Part shown: positions 12,478-24,590 of the stretch, one piece after another
Position numbering within the stretch: the first letter of the stretch is position 1
How the letters are laid out: each line of letters starts with the position of its first letter
Origin: Macrostomum hystrix
Lineage: Eukaryota; Animalia; Platyhelminthes
Assembly: GCA_950097015.1 (NCBI GenBank)
Contig: CATNEN010000001.1
Location: forward strand, 26,288,001 to 26,352,000
DNA: 64,000 nt
Direction: 5' to 3'
Made by a program: the position numbers and the translations under genes
Notes under the pieces: generated by a model
What the model was told of the DNA's origin: nothing
Databases searched by the model: none
What the model saw: the letters and a program-made list of their open reading frames with translations, nothing else

Positions 12478-13985
12478 TTCACAGACCCTCTCTGACACAG
12501 TGGAGACACTTCACAGACCCACTCTGACACAGTGGAGACACTTCACAGACCCACTCTGACACAGTGGAGACACTTCACAGACCCACTCTGACACAGTGGA
12601 GACACTTCACAGACCCACTCTGACACAGTGGAGACACTTCATAGACCCACTCTGACACAGTGGAGACACTTCACTGACCCACTCTGACACATTGCAGACA
12701 CATCACTGACCCACTCTGACACAGTGGAGACACTTCACTGACCCACTCTGACACAGTGGAGACACTTCACTGACCCACTCTGACACAGTGGAGACACTTC
12801 ACTGACCCACTCTGACACAGTGGAGACACTTCACAGACCCACTCGGACACATTGCAGACACATCACTGACCCACTCTGACACAGTGGAGACACTTCACAG
12901 ACCCACTCTGACACAGTGGAGACACTTCACAGACCCACTCGGACACATTGCAGACACATCACTGACCCACTCTGACACATTGCAGACACATCACTGACCC
13001 ACTCTGACACAGTGGAGACACTTCACAGACCCACTCTGACACAGTGGAGACACTTCACAGACCCACTCGGACACATTGCAGACACATCACTGACCCACTC
13101 TGACACAGTGGAGACACTTCACAGACCCACTCTGACACAGTGGAGACACTTCACAGACCCACTCGGACACATTGCAGACACATCACTGACCCACTCTGAC
13201 ACATTGCAGACACATCACTGACCCACTCTGACACAGTGGAGACACTTCACAGACCCACTCTGACACAGTGGAGACACTTCACAGACCCACTCGGACACAT
13301 TGCAGACACATCACTGACCCACTCTGACACAGTGGAGACACTTCATAGACCCACTCTGACACAGTGGAGACACTTCACTGACCCACTCTGACACATTGCA
13401 GACACATCACTGACCCACTCTGACACAGTGGAGACACTTCACTGACCCACTCTGACACAGTGGAGACACTTCACTGACCCACTCTGACACAGTGGAGACA
13501 CTTCACTGACCCACTCTGACACAGTGGAGACACTTCACAGACCCACTCGGACACATTGCAGACACATCACTGACCCACTCTGACACAGTGGAGACACTTC
13601 ACAGACCCACTCTGACACAGTGGAGACACTTCACAGACCCACTCGGACACATTGCAGACACATCACTGACCCACTCTGACACATTGCAGACACATCACTG
13701 ACCCACTCTGACACAGTGGAGACACTTCACAGACCCACTCTGACACAGTGGAGACACTTCACAGACCCACTCGGACACATTGCAGACACATCACTGACCC
13801 ACTCTGACACAGTGGAGACACTTCACAGACCCACTCTGACACAGTGGAGACACTTCACAGACCCACTCGGACACATTGCAGACACATCACTGACCCACTC
13901 TGACACATTGCAGACACATCACTGACCCACTCTGACACAGTGGAGACACTTCACAGACCCACTCTGACACAGTGGAGACACTTCA
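12478..13985. repeat. Composite 30/31-bp minisatellite (cacagacccactctgacacagtggagacact and variant) with 704-bp higher-order duplication
   Basis: Periodicity read directly; identical ORFs at 13012-13221 and 13716-13925. Confidence 0.95.
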
Positions 13986-14055
13986 TAAATAACCAATTTG
14001 CTCTGTGAAGGAAAGACTAAGTCATAGATACTAAAATAATTCGACTGATTCGAAA

Positions 14056-17000
14056 TCGGCATTCGAGTAATCGCTCTTGTTGCTGATCAGGAGACAACGC
14101 AATGGGCTGATCTCTCCACACTGGTAAGTATTATCTGCAGTGTTAAGCAAATTACTTAATGACTTTTACTCGTTTGTTTTGACAGGTCTCGCCATCCATG
14201 CCCTTTTTTTCACCACCCTGTGAGTCAGAAGCCGGTTTATGTGATTGTTGATGTACCACATTGCCTGAAAAACCTACGCTATGCGCTTACGAAAAACGAT
14301 ATTGCCTTTGATAATGACAAGCTGGCAAAATGGCAGCACGTTGTGAACTTTTATGAAACCGACAAAAGTCGCCCACTTCGATTGGCAAGTCGACTGAATA
14401 ATGTTCACATCACCTTGCCGCTTGGTCAGAAGATGCGCGTTTCCATCGCAGCTCAAATACTTAGCCATTCGGTTGCAAGCGGAATAAAAACTCTGGTGCA
14501 CCATAAGGAAACGGAGCTCATCGCCCTGCAGACGGCAGAGTTTCTACAGCGCGAGAACGATATCTTCGATATGCTGAACTCTGCCCACATGCACGACAGA
14601 GGCTTCAAGCAAGCAGTCTGCCGCGAATCCTTAGCTGAGCAGACTATCGAACTGCGCAAAGCCGAGGCCTTTCTGCAGAGTTTGCGAATCCTTAGCTGAG
14701 CGGACTATCGAACTGCGCAAAGCCGAGGCCTTTCTGCAGAGTTTGCGAATCCTTAGCTGAGCGGACTATCGAACTGCGCAAAGCCGAGGCCTTTCTGCAG
14801 AGTTTGCGAATCCTTAGCTGAGCGGACTATCGAACTGCGCAAAGCCGAGGCCTTTCTGCAGAGTTTGCGAATCCTTAGCTGAGCGGACTATCGAACTGCG
14901 CAAAGCCGAGGCCTTTCTGCAGAGTTTGCGAATCCTTAGCTGAGCGGACTATCGAACTGCGCAAAGCCGAGGCCTTTCTGCAGAGTTTGCGAATCCTTAG
15001 CTGAGCGGACTATCGAACTGCGCAAAGCCGAGGCCTTTCTGCAGAGTTTGCGAATCCTTAGCTGAGCGGACTATCGAACTGCGCAAAGCCGAGGCCTTTC
15101 TGCAGAGTTTGCGAATCCTTAGCTGAGCGGACTATCGAACTGCGCAAAGCCGAGGCCTTTCTGCAGAGTTTGCGAATCCTTAGCTGAGCGGACTATCGAA
15201 CTGCGCAAAGCCGAGGCCTTTCTGCAGAGTTTGCGAATCCTTAGCTGAGCGGACTATCGAACTGCGCAAAGCCGAGGCCTTTCTGCAGAGTTTGCGAATC
15301 CTTAGCTGAGCGGACTATCGAACTGCGCAAAGCCGAGGCCTTTCTGCAGAGTTTGCGAATCCTTAGCTGAGCGGACTATCGAACTGCGCAAAGCCGAGGC
15401 CTTTCTGCAGAGTTTGCGAATCCTTAGCTGAGCGGACTATCGAACTGCGCAAAGCCGAGGCCTTTCTGCAGAGTTTGCGAATCCTTAGCTGAGCGGACTA
15501 TCGAACTGCGCAAAGCCGAGGCCTTTCTGCAGAGTTTGCGAATCCTTAGCTGAGCGGACTATCGAACTGCGCAAAGCCGAGGCCTTTCTGCAGAGTTTGC
15601 GAATCCTTAGCTGAGCGGACTATCGAACTGCGCAAAGCCGAGGCCTTTCTGCAGAGTTTGCGAATCCTTAGCTGAGCGGACTATCGAACTGCGCAAAGCC
15701 GAGGCCTTTCTGCAGAGTTTGCGAATCCTTAGCTGAGCGGACTATCGAACTGCGCAAAGCCGAGGCCTTTCTGCAGAGTTTGCGAATCCTTAGCTGAGCG
15801 GACTATCGAACTGCGCAAAGCCGAGGCCTTTCTGCAGAGTTTGCGAATCCTTAGCTGAGCGGACTATCGAACTGCGCAAAGCCGAGGCCTTTCTGCAGAG
15901 TTTGCGAATCCTTAGCTGAGCGGACTATCGAACTGCGCAAAGCCGAGGCCTTTCTGCAGAGTTTGCGAATCCTTAGCTGAGCGGACTATCGAACTGCGCA
16001 AAGCCGAGGCCTTTCTGCAGAGTTTGCGAATCCTTAGCTGAGCGGACTATCGAACTGCGCAAAGCCGAGGCCTTTCTGCAGAGTTTGCGAATCCTTAGCT
16101 GAGCAGACTATCGAACTGCGCAAAGCCGAGGCCTTTCTGCAGAGTTTGCGAATCCTTAGCTGAGCGGACTATCGAACTGCGCAAAGCCGAGGCCTTTCTG
16201 CAGAGTTTGCGAATCCTTAGCTGAGCGGACTATCGAACTGCGCAAAGCCGAGGCCTTTCTGCAGAGTTTGCGAATCCTTAGCTGAGCGGACTATCGAACT
16301 GCGCAAAGCCGAGGCCTTTCTGCAGAGTTTGCGAATCCTTAGCTGAGCGGACTATCGAACTGCGCAAAGCCGAGGCCTTTCTGCAGAGTTTGCGAATCCT
16401 TAGCTGAGCGGACTATCGAACTGCGCAAAGCCGAGGCCTTTCTGCAGAGTTTGCGAATCCTTAGCTGAGCGGACTATCGAACTGCGCAAAGCCGAGGCCT
16501 TTCTGCAGAGTTTGCGAATCCTTAGCTGAGCAGACTATCGAACTGCGCAAAGCCGAGGCCTTTCTGCAGAGTTTGCGAATCCTTAGCTGAGCGGACTATC
16601 GAACTGCGCAAAGCCGAGGCCTTTCTGCAGAGTTTGCGAATCCTTAGCTGAGCGGACTATCGAACTGCGCAAAGCCGAGGCCTTTCTGCAGAGTTTGCGA
16701 ATCCTTAGCTGAGCGGACTATCGAACTGCGCAAAGCCGAGGCCTTTCTGGAGAGTTTGCGGTTTATTCCTAAGAGTGGCAAGGCAGAAAGGTCAACAATG
16801 AAGTTTAAAGACGCCTGGGGCCTGTCAGCCGCTGCTATACGTGAGCTGTCGATTGCGCTGATCGATGAAGGTCTCGACTTTGTCTGCACTCGCAGGCTGA
16901 CCCAGGACCACGTGGAAGTGAGTTTTTAAATAATTTCAATATCTGAAAATGAGATCAGAGAGATACAATAATGTGTGATATGACTTTTTAAACTAATTAT

Positions 17001-17778
17001 GTTCCTTCGATAATGTTAACTGCGGGTTCACAAGTATTACAGGAAATCGCAATCCAATCCATTTCAGAATCTATTCAGCATCATTAGAGTCCGAAATGGC
17101 TTCAATGAGAAGCCTAAACTGGCTGCATTTGTCGGAGCGCTGAGATCAGAGGCTGCAAGCGGACTTGATCGACCGGATTCCGTAACAAGGAATTGTGAAG
17201 ACGACGAATGCTCTGCCGCAGTGACAATTAATCTCTCGCATTTAGCTGGAGCAGACATCAGCAGCAGTGGATCTTTAGGCGAGTCTACTACTAACTTTGC
17301 CGCGCTGAAAACATCACACCCAAATTATCCAGATCCGGTTCTTGCTGAGTCGACTGAGTACGTTGGAGGCTCCGTACTCAAGAATAGTCGCGTCTTGGAG
17401 TGCTCCGAGTGCAAAGAGGTGCTGACTGCGGCTTCAGGAGTGCACTTCAACAACAAGTCGCTCTGCCATGCGCTTAAAGGATTGACAAATCCGTCAGCCG
17501 CAGCCCTTCAAGTGTTTGCAAGAATGGGGGCATTATTTGTGGCGCAGATTGAGTCGTGCGCTTTGCATCGAAAAGTGGCTGCAGAGATTGTGAACAAGTT
17601 TGTTTTTGCTGAGATCTACCTACCAACATGCAGTGTGCATTATGCTGAGGTGCATAACAGTGTTTTCTCTGCGTTTGCTCGCTTGCGATTGCACCACTGG
17701 TGTCGCGATAAGATGCGGAGCCTGCGAGAAGCAGCTCTCAGGCGAAGTGCTGTTCGGAAATGCAAGAAATTTAACTAA
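14056..17778 (+). mobile_element. P-element/THAP9-type transposase, 5'-truncated and disrupted; exons about 14056-14123, 14186-16917 (interrupted by array) and 17068-17778
   Basis: VIALVADQ, DVPHCLKNLR (D-x-x-H), KMRVSIAAQILSHSVA, NDIFDMLNS and TRRLTQDHVE|NLFSIIRVRNGFNEKP (catalytic E region) are P-transposase signatures. GT/AG introns present. Apparent +1 frameshift in the T-run at 14204-14210. Confidence 0.9.
14623..16760. repeat. 61-bp tandem array (about 35 near-identical copies) made of transposase coding sequence
   Basis: Unit shifts by 1 nt per 60-nt line. The transposase frame (AEAFLESLRFIP) resumes after the last copy. Confidence 0.95.
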
Positions 17779-18658
17779 ATCTAACTAGTATAATTTGTTT
17801 CTTTTCTTTAATAAATCACGATGATTTGGACTGCGGTGGCAGCAACTGAGGCGGCTGTGGATTGGCCGCCAGAGGGCGAAGGCAGGGGCGTCGGCAGTGC
17901 CGGAGCATTCGTCTGCTGCTTCAGCAACGTTGGAGGAGTCAGGAAGTGACAAATTTCAATGCGCGATGCACACTACTCGAACGCTTGTTTGTTAGTAGTA
18001 TAAAACGCATTCGCGGTGCAGAAACGAGACCAGACTCACCGCTGCTCCAGTTCTAGTGAGCACAGCTGGCAGGCAGGATTTCACTCCAATGCTGGAGATC
18101 GAATTCTCCGAATGGCGACACTTGCTCCAGCTGATGAAGCTAGAGAGTCTGTGCATAACATGGTTACGAATTTCATTTCTGAAGGACTTTCATTGATTCG
18201 TTTTACAATTTCGGGAGCCCAATTAAGTCGACAATTCTTACCATTTAGAGATCTTCAGTGCACTCAGGCTGCAATAAATCTGAAGTAACCCCGGGGGGAT
18301 TGATCAGTAAAACATTTTAATATCTTTTAATTCGCGTTTAAAATATTTCATGCAGAAGATCTGGGAAATGATAAAAGGGTCACGTTTCAGTCTAATCAGG
18401 TCGGAACGATTTCAAATAAGATTTCGAAATCGTTTCTGAAATTTCAGGGTTTGAAGAAGCAGTATAAATCTTCAGAGTCGTAGAACGAAAAAATGCAAGC
18501 TAGAAACAGTAAATAATGCACATGAGTAAATACAAACAAGAATTCTCTTAAAAACTACTGTGAAATTGATTGCAATCGTATATCACAGAAACTAATCCCA
18601 CAGAATCAACTTTTTTTCTTTGAACTTCGGTGTCGCTGTAAGTAGGCCTAACTGCAAT

Positions 18659-21600
18659 TCAGGAATTGGCGTTTTTGCCATGGGCGCCCAGCGTCATACG
18701 ACAGGCTCTGCCCTGCACCCTATATAGCGCCTCCAGGTTTTTCTGGATGCCCATGGCACTGGCCCAGATGAGGCCAGCGTATGCGACGGACGGTCTAATG
18801 ATCGCCGTGTAAATCCACCAAAGGTTCTTGGGGGTTAGCCCCCAAGTGGTGCCCACGGCACGCCTGACTTGCGCCAGTATTGGGCCCTCTTGGCCTTTGT
18901 GGTGATGTGCGGGGTCCAGTTAAGCCTATGGTCTAGCAGGAGACCAAGGCACCGGACCTGCTTTTCATGGCAATATTCTTGCCATAGAGAGTCAGAGGCT
19001 TAATGGTCCAGAGCAGTCTGCTGGTAAACATAACCGCAACGGTCTTGGACTCAGAGAGTCGGAGCCCGCATTGGTCCGCCCAGCGCACCGCCCTGTTGAT
19101 AAAGCCCTGGATGAGGTCCCTGGTGGTTTCCGCCGAGGGGCCCGCGCAGATGGCGGTCACATCGTCGGCATATCCCACCTTCAGGACTGGGTCAGGACGA
19201 GTGCTTTTCAGCAGCTCATCCATGACGAGATTCTGCAGCAGTGGGGTGAGGACGCCGCCTTGGGGCCCTCCTCTTAGGACAGGTGCCGAGAGCAGCCTGC
19301 CTTCGAGGTGGGCCACCACGTGGCGATGCCGGATCATGTACATGACCCAGCGAACGAGGTGGGGGTGAGTGGCCCTGGAAACCAGGGCCTCCTCAAAAGC
19401 TTCGAAAACAACGTTATCGAAGGCCCCCTCAATGTCTAGGAAGACAGCCAGGGCAAAACCGCTGCCCAGCACTGCCTTCTCGAGAGTCTCCACGATGCAG
19501 TGGAGGGCGCTCTCCGTGGACCGGCCCGCCCGAAAGGCGTGCTGGTTTGGGGAGAGCGGGGCCCGCCCTAGCTCTACAGTAAGAAGGCGCCAGTCTTTCC
19601 ATGAGCTTGAGGCAGGTGGAAGTCTAGCTTATCGGGCGATAAGACTTGACCGAGCGATAGTCGCCTTTGGCGGGCTTCGGGATGAAGACGACCCGGGCTT
19701 CGTGCCACAGCGCTGGTACATAGCCCAGCACGATGCAGGCCCGTAGAAGTCTGCAGAAGAGATGGAGGAAGCGGCCATTTTTGACCGCTTCATGCAAAAA
19801 GGCCGGATATATACCATCTGGCCCAGGTGCTTTAAAAGGGTTGAATGACTTAGCCGCGCGAACGATGCGGTCATTCGTGACGAGTGACTGAGCCAGGCCC
19901 TGACCTCCACGCGAGTGGTCGTCTGGGCCAAAGTGCGCCGGTACACTCGGGAAGAAATGCCCTAGCATAAGCTCGAGCGTTTCCTCCGGGCGCTCCGTGA
20001 TCCAGCCGTCTGGCTTTTTGATCGATGAGAGCTTGGAGAAGCGGTCGTTGGTGAGCGCCTTTACCACGCGGGCCGTGGGCCGCGAGCCCTCAAGCCCTTC
20101 GCAGTATTGTCGCCACTTGTCCGCTTTTGCCCTTCTGACCCGGCCCTTAAACTCATGGATGGCGCGAGTATAGGCCTCTTTGTCATCAGGGTCGTGCGAG
20201 GTTTTCAGCTTCCTCTGGAGAGCCTTAGCTCGGCGTCTCAGGACTCCTAGCTCGGGGTTCCACCAGGGGGGCCGATTTTTTGCCTTTGTAGGCTTTGAGC
20301 GGGCAAGTCATTTCGTAGGCCTCTGTGATGGCGCCGCCCAGCAGGGCAGCCACTCCATCTAGGTCCTGCGTGGTTGCCATGGCCATGGAGGGGTCGGAAT
20401 CCCGAAGGCCCTCATGCAGCTTTTGGCTGAACGCGGGCCAGTCGGTGTTTCTGACATTACGCCTCCAAATAGGCTTTTGCTTCTTATCGGGGGTACCGAT
20501 GTTGAAGCGAATGAAGCGGTGGTCCGAGAGCGAGCTTTCGGTCTCCCACACCTCCCGCCCCAGCACCCTTGGGAGGATGCCGGGTGAGGCCAGGGTGACG
20601 TCAAGCACCTCAGCCCACCGCCCATTGTCGAAAGTGGGCGTGTTGCCCACATTGCAGAAGTTAAGAGGCGTGCCGCTAACGAAGGCCAGGAGCTCTTCGC
20701 CGCGGTCATTGATTTTTGAGCTGCCCCAGTGGGTGTGATGCGAGTTTGCATCTCCCGCGAGGAGCAGCTCAAAGTTTCGTGCCCTGGCGAAATCGGGTCT
20801 CATCCACGCATTTAAGGCTTTTGCAGCATAGATCAGTGATCTAGGGCGGATGGAGTCTGCCATGCAGAAGCAGTCATAGCCAGCAGGAATGTTGCTTGGC
20901 TTGTTTTTTATAACTGGGCTCCTGCACAAGTACAAGGCATGGCATCATGCGCTCTGTCGTGCGCATCAGATTGACTGATGCTGCCACGCAGTGATGGGTG
21001 TTAACTTGCAGACATGATATTCCGGGGATCATCATGCAGGCAGAGGTCTACTTGGAGGGGGACTCAGCCAGAAGGCGGTCCTCCTCCTCCGGGTCGATGT
21101 CGGTAGCCATGGGCTCCTCCGTGCCCCGGCCCCGAGCCAGAGGCGGGAACTCGACGGGGTCAGCCTCCCAGTCCCCACCCCCGGCCCAGAGCCCAGGCCC
21201 AGAGTCGCCCTCAACCGGTGCCGACACCGCACCCTGGGCCGGCGCTCGAAGGGCCCTGCTCGATGGAGCTGGGCACCTTAGAGGCCTCCCACGTAGCCCT
21301 TGGTTGCGGCGCCTGCCCCGGTGGGCCACCGCGCATCTCAGCGCGCAGCTGGGCCATCTTGGCGGTTCGCACCACCTCGGAGGCCCGCTGAAGAAGGCCC
21401 CGGCGCTTTGTGATGCGCGCGGGGCGACGCTCAGAGCTGCCAGCGATGGCACGCTCTGGCCTTTTTTGGCGAGACGACTGGGCCCTGCCCCCAGTCCCAG
21501 CCTCGGGGTCCGAGGACCCTTCAGTGGCCTGTACGGTGGTGGGCCCGGTCTGACCTAGAGTTTTATCTGCCTCGAAGGCGAAGATTTTGGTCTTCCACAG

Positions 21601-21681
21601 ACCAATGCAGATATTGGCGCCATCTGGGTAGCGGCGTGTCCATTGCTCGGACAGGCCCAGAATGGTGGTGAAGCCGGTACC
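18659..21681 (-). mobile_element. Degenerate non-LTR retrotransposon, Loa/R1-like (ORF1 remnant, APE, RT), frameshifted and 3'-truncated
   Basis: APE motifs GDANSHHTHWGS, NTPTF, LDVTL, SDHRFI. RT motifs KAPGPDGIYP, YRPIS, FLDIEGAFD, PQGGVLTPLL, GYADD. Post-RT TWGLTPKNLWWIYTAIIRP. Split across several frames. Confidence 0.88.
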
Positions 21682-24590
21682 GTTGTTGTTGTTGTTGGCG
21701 TACGGATCCCTCGCTAGGCATATGGGGGGCGCGCCAGCGCGCCCGTCGCCTCGACGAAGATCCGCACCCAATTCGGGTCCTCCCACAGGAGGGACATTGA
21801 GCCAGTAGAAGGGAGGAGGTTGCGGCGTTGATCGGCCCACCTGGGGCAGTCGAGCAGGAAGTGCCGCGTGTCCTCCTCGGGAGCGTTGCAGTGAGGGCAA
21901 GACGCAAGGCGCGCGGTTCGCCCTGAGTTGGAACAGCGCCACCTCCGCCGCACGAGGCCAGGCACGGCCGACCTGCAGCCGTTTGCCGCCGCTGAGTCGA
22001 TGTGGGTGGTCCAGAGGGACTAGGTTTTCGTATGCTCGGTCGTCTTCCGCTTGACCTTGCCGCCTGAGAGCAGCTCTGAGCGCCGCGACCGGTGTTGGCA
22101 TGTTATCTTGCGGGAGCGTGCAGCCCTCGCGGGCCAGAATGTCGGCTTCCTCGTTGAGCGCAAGCCCGGCGTGGCCCGGCACCCAGATTACAGTGGGCCG
22201 GTGGTCCGTGGTGAGCTGCTCCAGCAGAATGGACGCCTATGCAGTTGCGTGGTCTGTCTGGCACTTACACTGTGACTGGAGCCGGTCGAAGAGCGCTTGG
22301 GAGTCGAACAGCAGCCAGACGGCCATGCAGGGGCGTCCGTGGAGAATGGCAAGGGCCGCCTCGAGACCAGCTGCGGCCGCCGCGGCCTCCGCGGTCGTTG
22401 AGCAGGTTAGGTGCCCCGCTGGGACACTGCCTCTGATGTCCCGGCTCCCTGGGGCCCGCTGCCGAATCAGGTAGCCGCCTCCTCCATTACGGATGCCTTC
22501 CTCTGCCGCGCCGTCTTTCCAGATCTGCAGGTCAGGCGGGTCCTCCTGCCTCAGGCGGTCTAGCAGCTCCAGGGTTTTTGTCCTCCGAACAAGTGGTGCC
22601 TCGTCGCGGCTGGTTTCGGCACGGACGAAGCGGGTCTGGAGACTACGGGACCAGGGGTGACGGAAACAGGTGGGGGGAATGCGGCCTTCCACCCGGTCGC
22701 GGCCTCCTTCCACAGTGCTCAGTATCTCGATGGCCGACTCGCGCCAAGAGCTTCGGGTGCCCGCGGTCCTCGCCTTGAGTCTGGTGGGGGTGGCGGACGG
22801 GCTGGCCAGATCGCGGAGTAGATGCCCTTCAGGGAACTGCTGGCAGCGCAGGGGCAGCTCCGCGGCCCTCTGCCGGCAGATGGTGTTGAACGGCTGGAGG
22901 CCGGCGTCACAGATTAGGGCGCGGGCCCGGGCTCCGGCGCCTACCCCTGTGATGATCCTAGCAGCGGCATACTTGGCGGATTCGAGGCGTTCGCGGTGGG
23001 TGGGGGCCAGGAACGGCCACCAAAGTTCAGCCCCGTAAAGCCCTGCCGGACGAACGTAACTGCAGTAGAGGCGGTGTAGAGTCTCAAAGCTCGCACCCCA
23101 GGATCGCGCGGCAACGCAGCGGAGAGCCGCGAGCCTCCTGTGCAGCGCCGCGAGAGACCTCTTTGCTTGTTCAGCGAAATTGAGCTGTGAGTCGATCGTT
23201 ACTCCCAGGACCTTGATCTCGCGCATGCAGGAGACGGTGTGTCCGCCGGCTTGCAGAGTGCCGCCGAACTTGCCGTTGAGCTCAGCCGGGTGGGTACTGA
23301 TAAGGATGACTTCAGTCTTCGCCGGCGCCAGCTTGAATTGGTGTTCCTCGCACCAGCCACTCACCGCGTCGATCGCGGCCTGCATCTGTACTGTAGCCGT
23401 CAACGGGGAGGCGTCTGATGTCTTCACAGTGAGGTCGTCCGCGTATTGGATGGGCCAACACTTGGGTGCCGCCTGCTGAATGGCCCCGGGCAGGGTCCGA
23501 GTGGCGATGTTGAAGAGCAGAGGCGAGAGCGGACTGCCTTGCGGCACGCCTTCTTTTAGGACTCGGAGCCGACTGAATTGTGTTCCCCAGCGGACGCAGG
23601 CACGCCGGTCAGCCAGAAACGATCGAAGCCACCGCATCCAGCCGGCCGGTGCTCTGGCCCGAGCGAGCTCACGCAGGACCCCTAGGCGCCAAGTGCGATC
23701 GAACGCCGCTTGAAAATCGAACGCGGCAAGCAAGGTCCTTGTCATTGGCCGTGTCTGAAGAGAGTCGAATGCTGGTTGAGCCAGCTGGGCCACGGCGTCG
23801 AGGGTGCTGCGACCCGCTCGGAAGCCTGACTGCTCATCGGGGATCAGGCCGTTCTCTTCGGCCCAGGCATTCATGCGATTGTTGACCATGGCCTCGAGGG
23901 TCTTGCCTACACAGCTCAGCAGAGAGACTGGGCGGTAGGAGGCTGGGTCGTGGGTCGGCTTGTCTTTCTTAGCGATTGGACAAATGATGGCCGTGCGCCA
24001 CGCTGAGGGGACTCTCCCCTCGCGCCAGCTCCTGTTCAACAGAGTCAAAAGCGCCCGCCGGCCTTCGTCTTGTAGTTTCTGCAGAAAAGCTGGGAGGATG
24101 CCATCCTTTCCAGGGGCGTAGCCAGCGGAGCTCCGGAGGACGTCCGCCAGTTCCGCCATGTGAAATGGAGCCTCGCGTGGGTCTTCGCTGCATGTTCCGA
24201 GCGCTTTACGGACCTCGAATCTGGCTCCTTGCTGGTCTGCTTTCGGGACTCTGAGCCGGCTGACTGCCGCGTAGGTTTTAATCGCCAGGTCCGCTTTTTC
24301 CCTGTCCGTGGTTGCTGTCTTTTCGTCCTGCCGTAGCGGCGTGTCCGGGAGCGGCTGCCGGGACCTACCGTCCAGCGCCCGGATTGTCCGCCACACCTTG
24401 GATTCAGGTGCGCGGGTGGATAAGCCGGAGACGAATTGCCGCCAGGCTGCGGCCTTGGCCTGACTATAGACACGATCCGCATTCTCGTGAGCTGTGCGGT
24501 AAGCCGCCGCTGCGTCCTCATCTCCCTGGGCAGCCCTGGAGTCTGCTAGCGTCTCACGCGTGGCCCGTTGGTCAACGGAGGCCCCCTTCC
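21682..24590 (-). mobile_element. Ingi/I-group LINE, 3' portion: RT, RNase H, CCHC knuckle, (AAC)5 tail
   Basis: APGKDGI, YRPVSLLS, QSGFR, DFQAAFD, GVPQGSPLSP, QYADD. RNase H motifs KDGA, AEAAA, FDSQA, PGHAGLALNEEAD. Knuckle CPHC...HFLLDC. (GTT)5 at 21682-21696 on the + strand. Confidence 0.92.

Noticed and set aside
14623-16760. 61-bp array as a CRISPR, or as a newly created intron (unit contains tttctgcag)
   Set aside because: There are no spacers. Using the only nearby GT and that AG leaves 62 extra nt and does not restore the transposase frame.
17862-17880. CTCF-like motif tggccgccagagggcg
   Set aside because: Single match in or near a transposon end with no supporting context.
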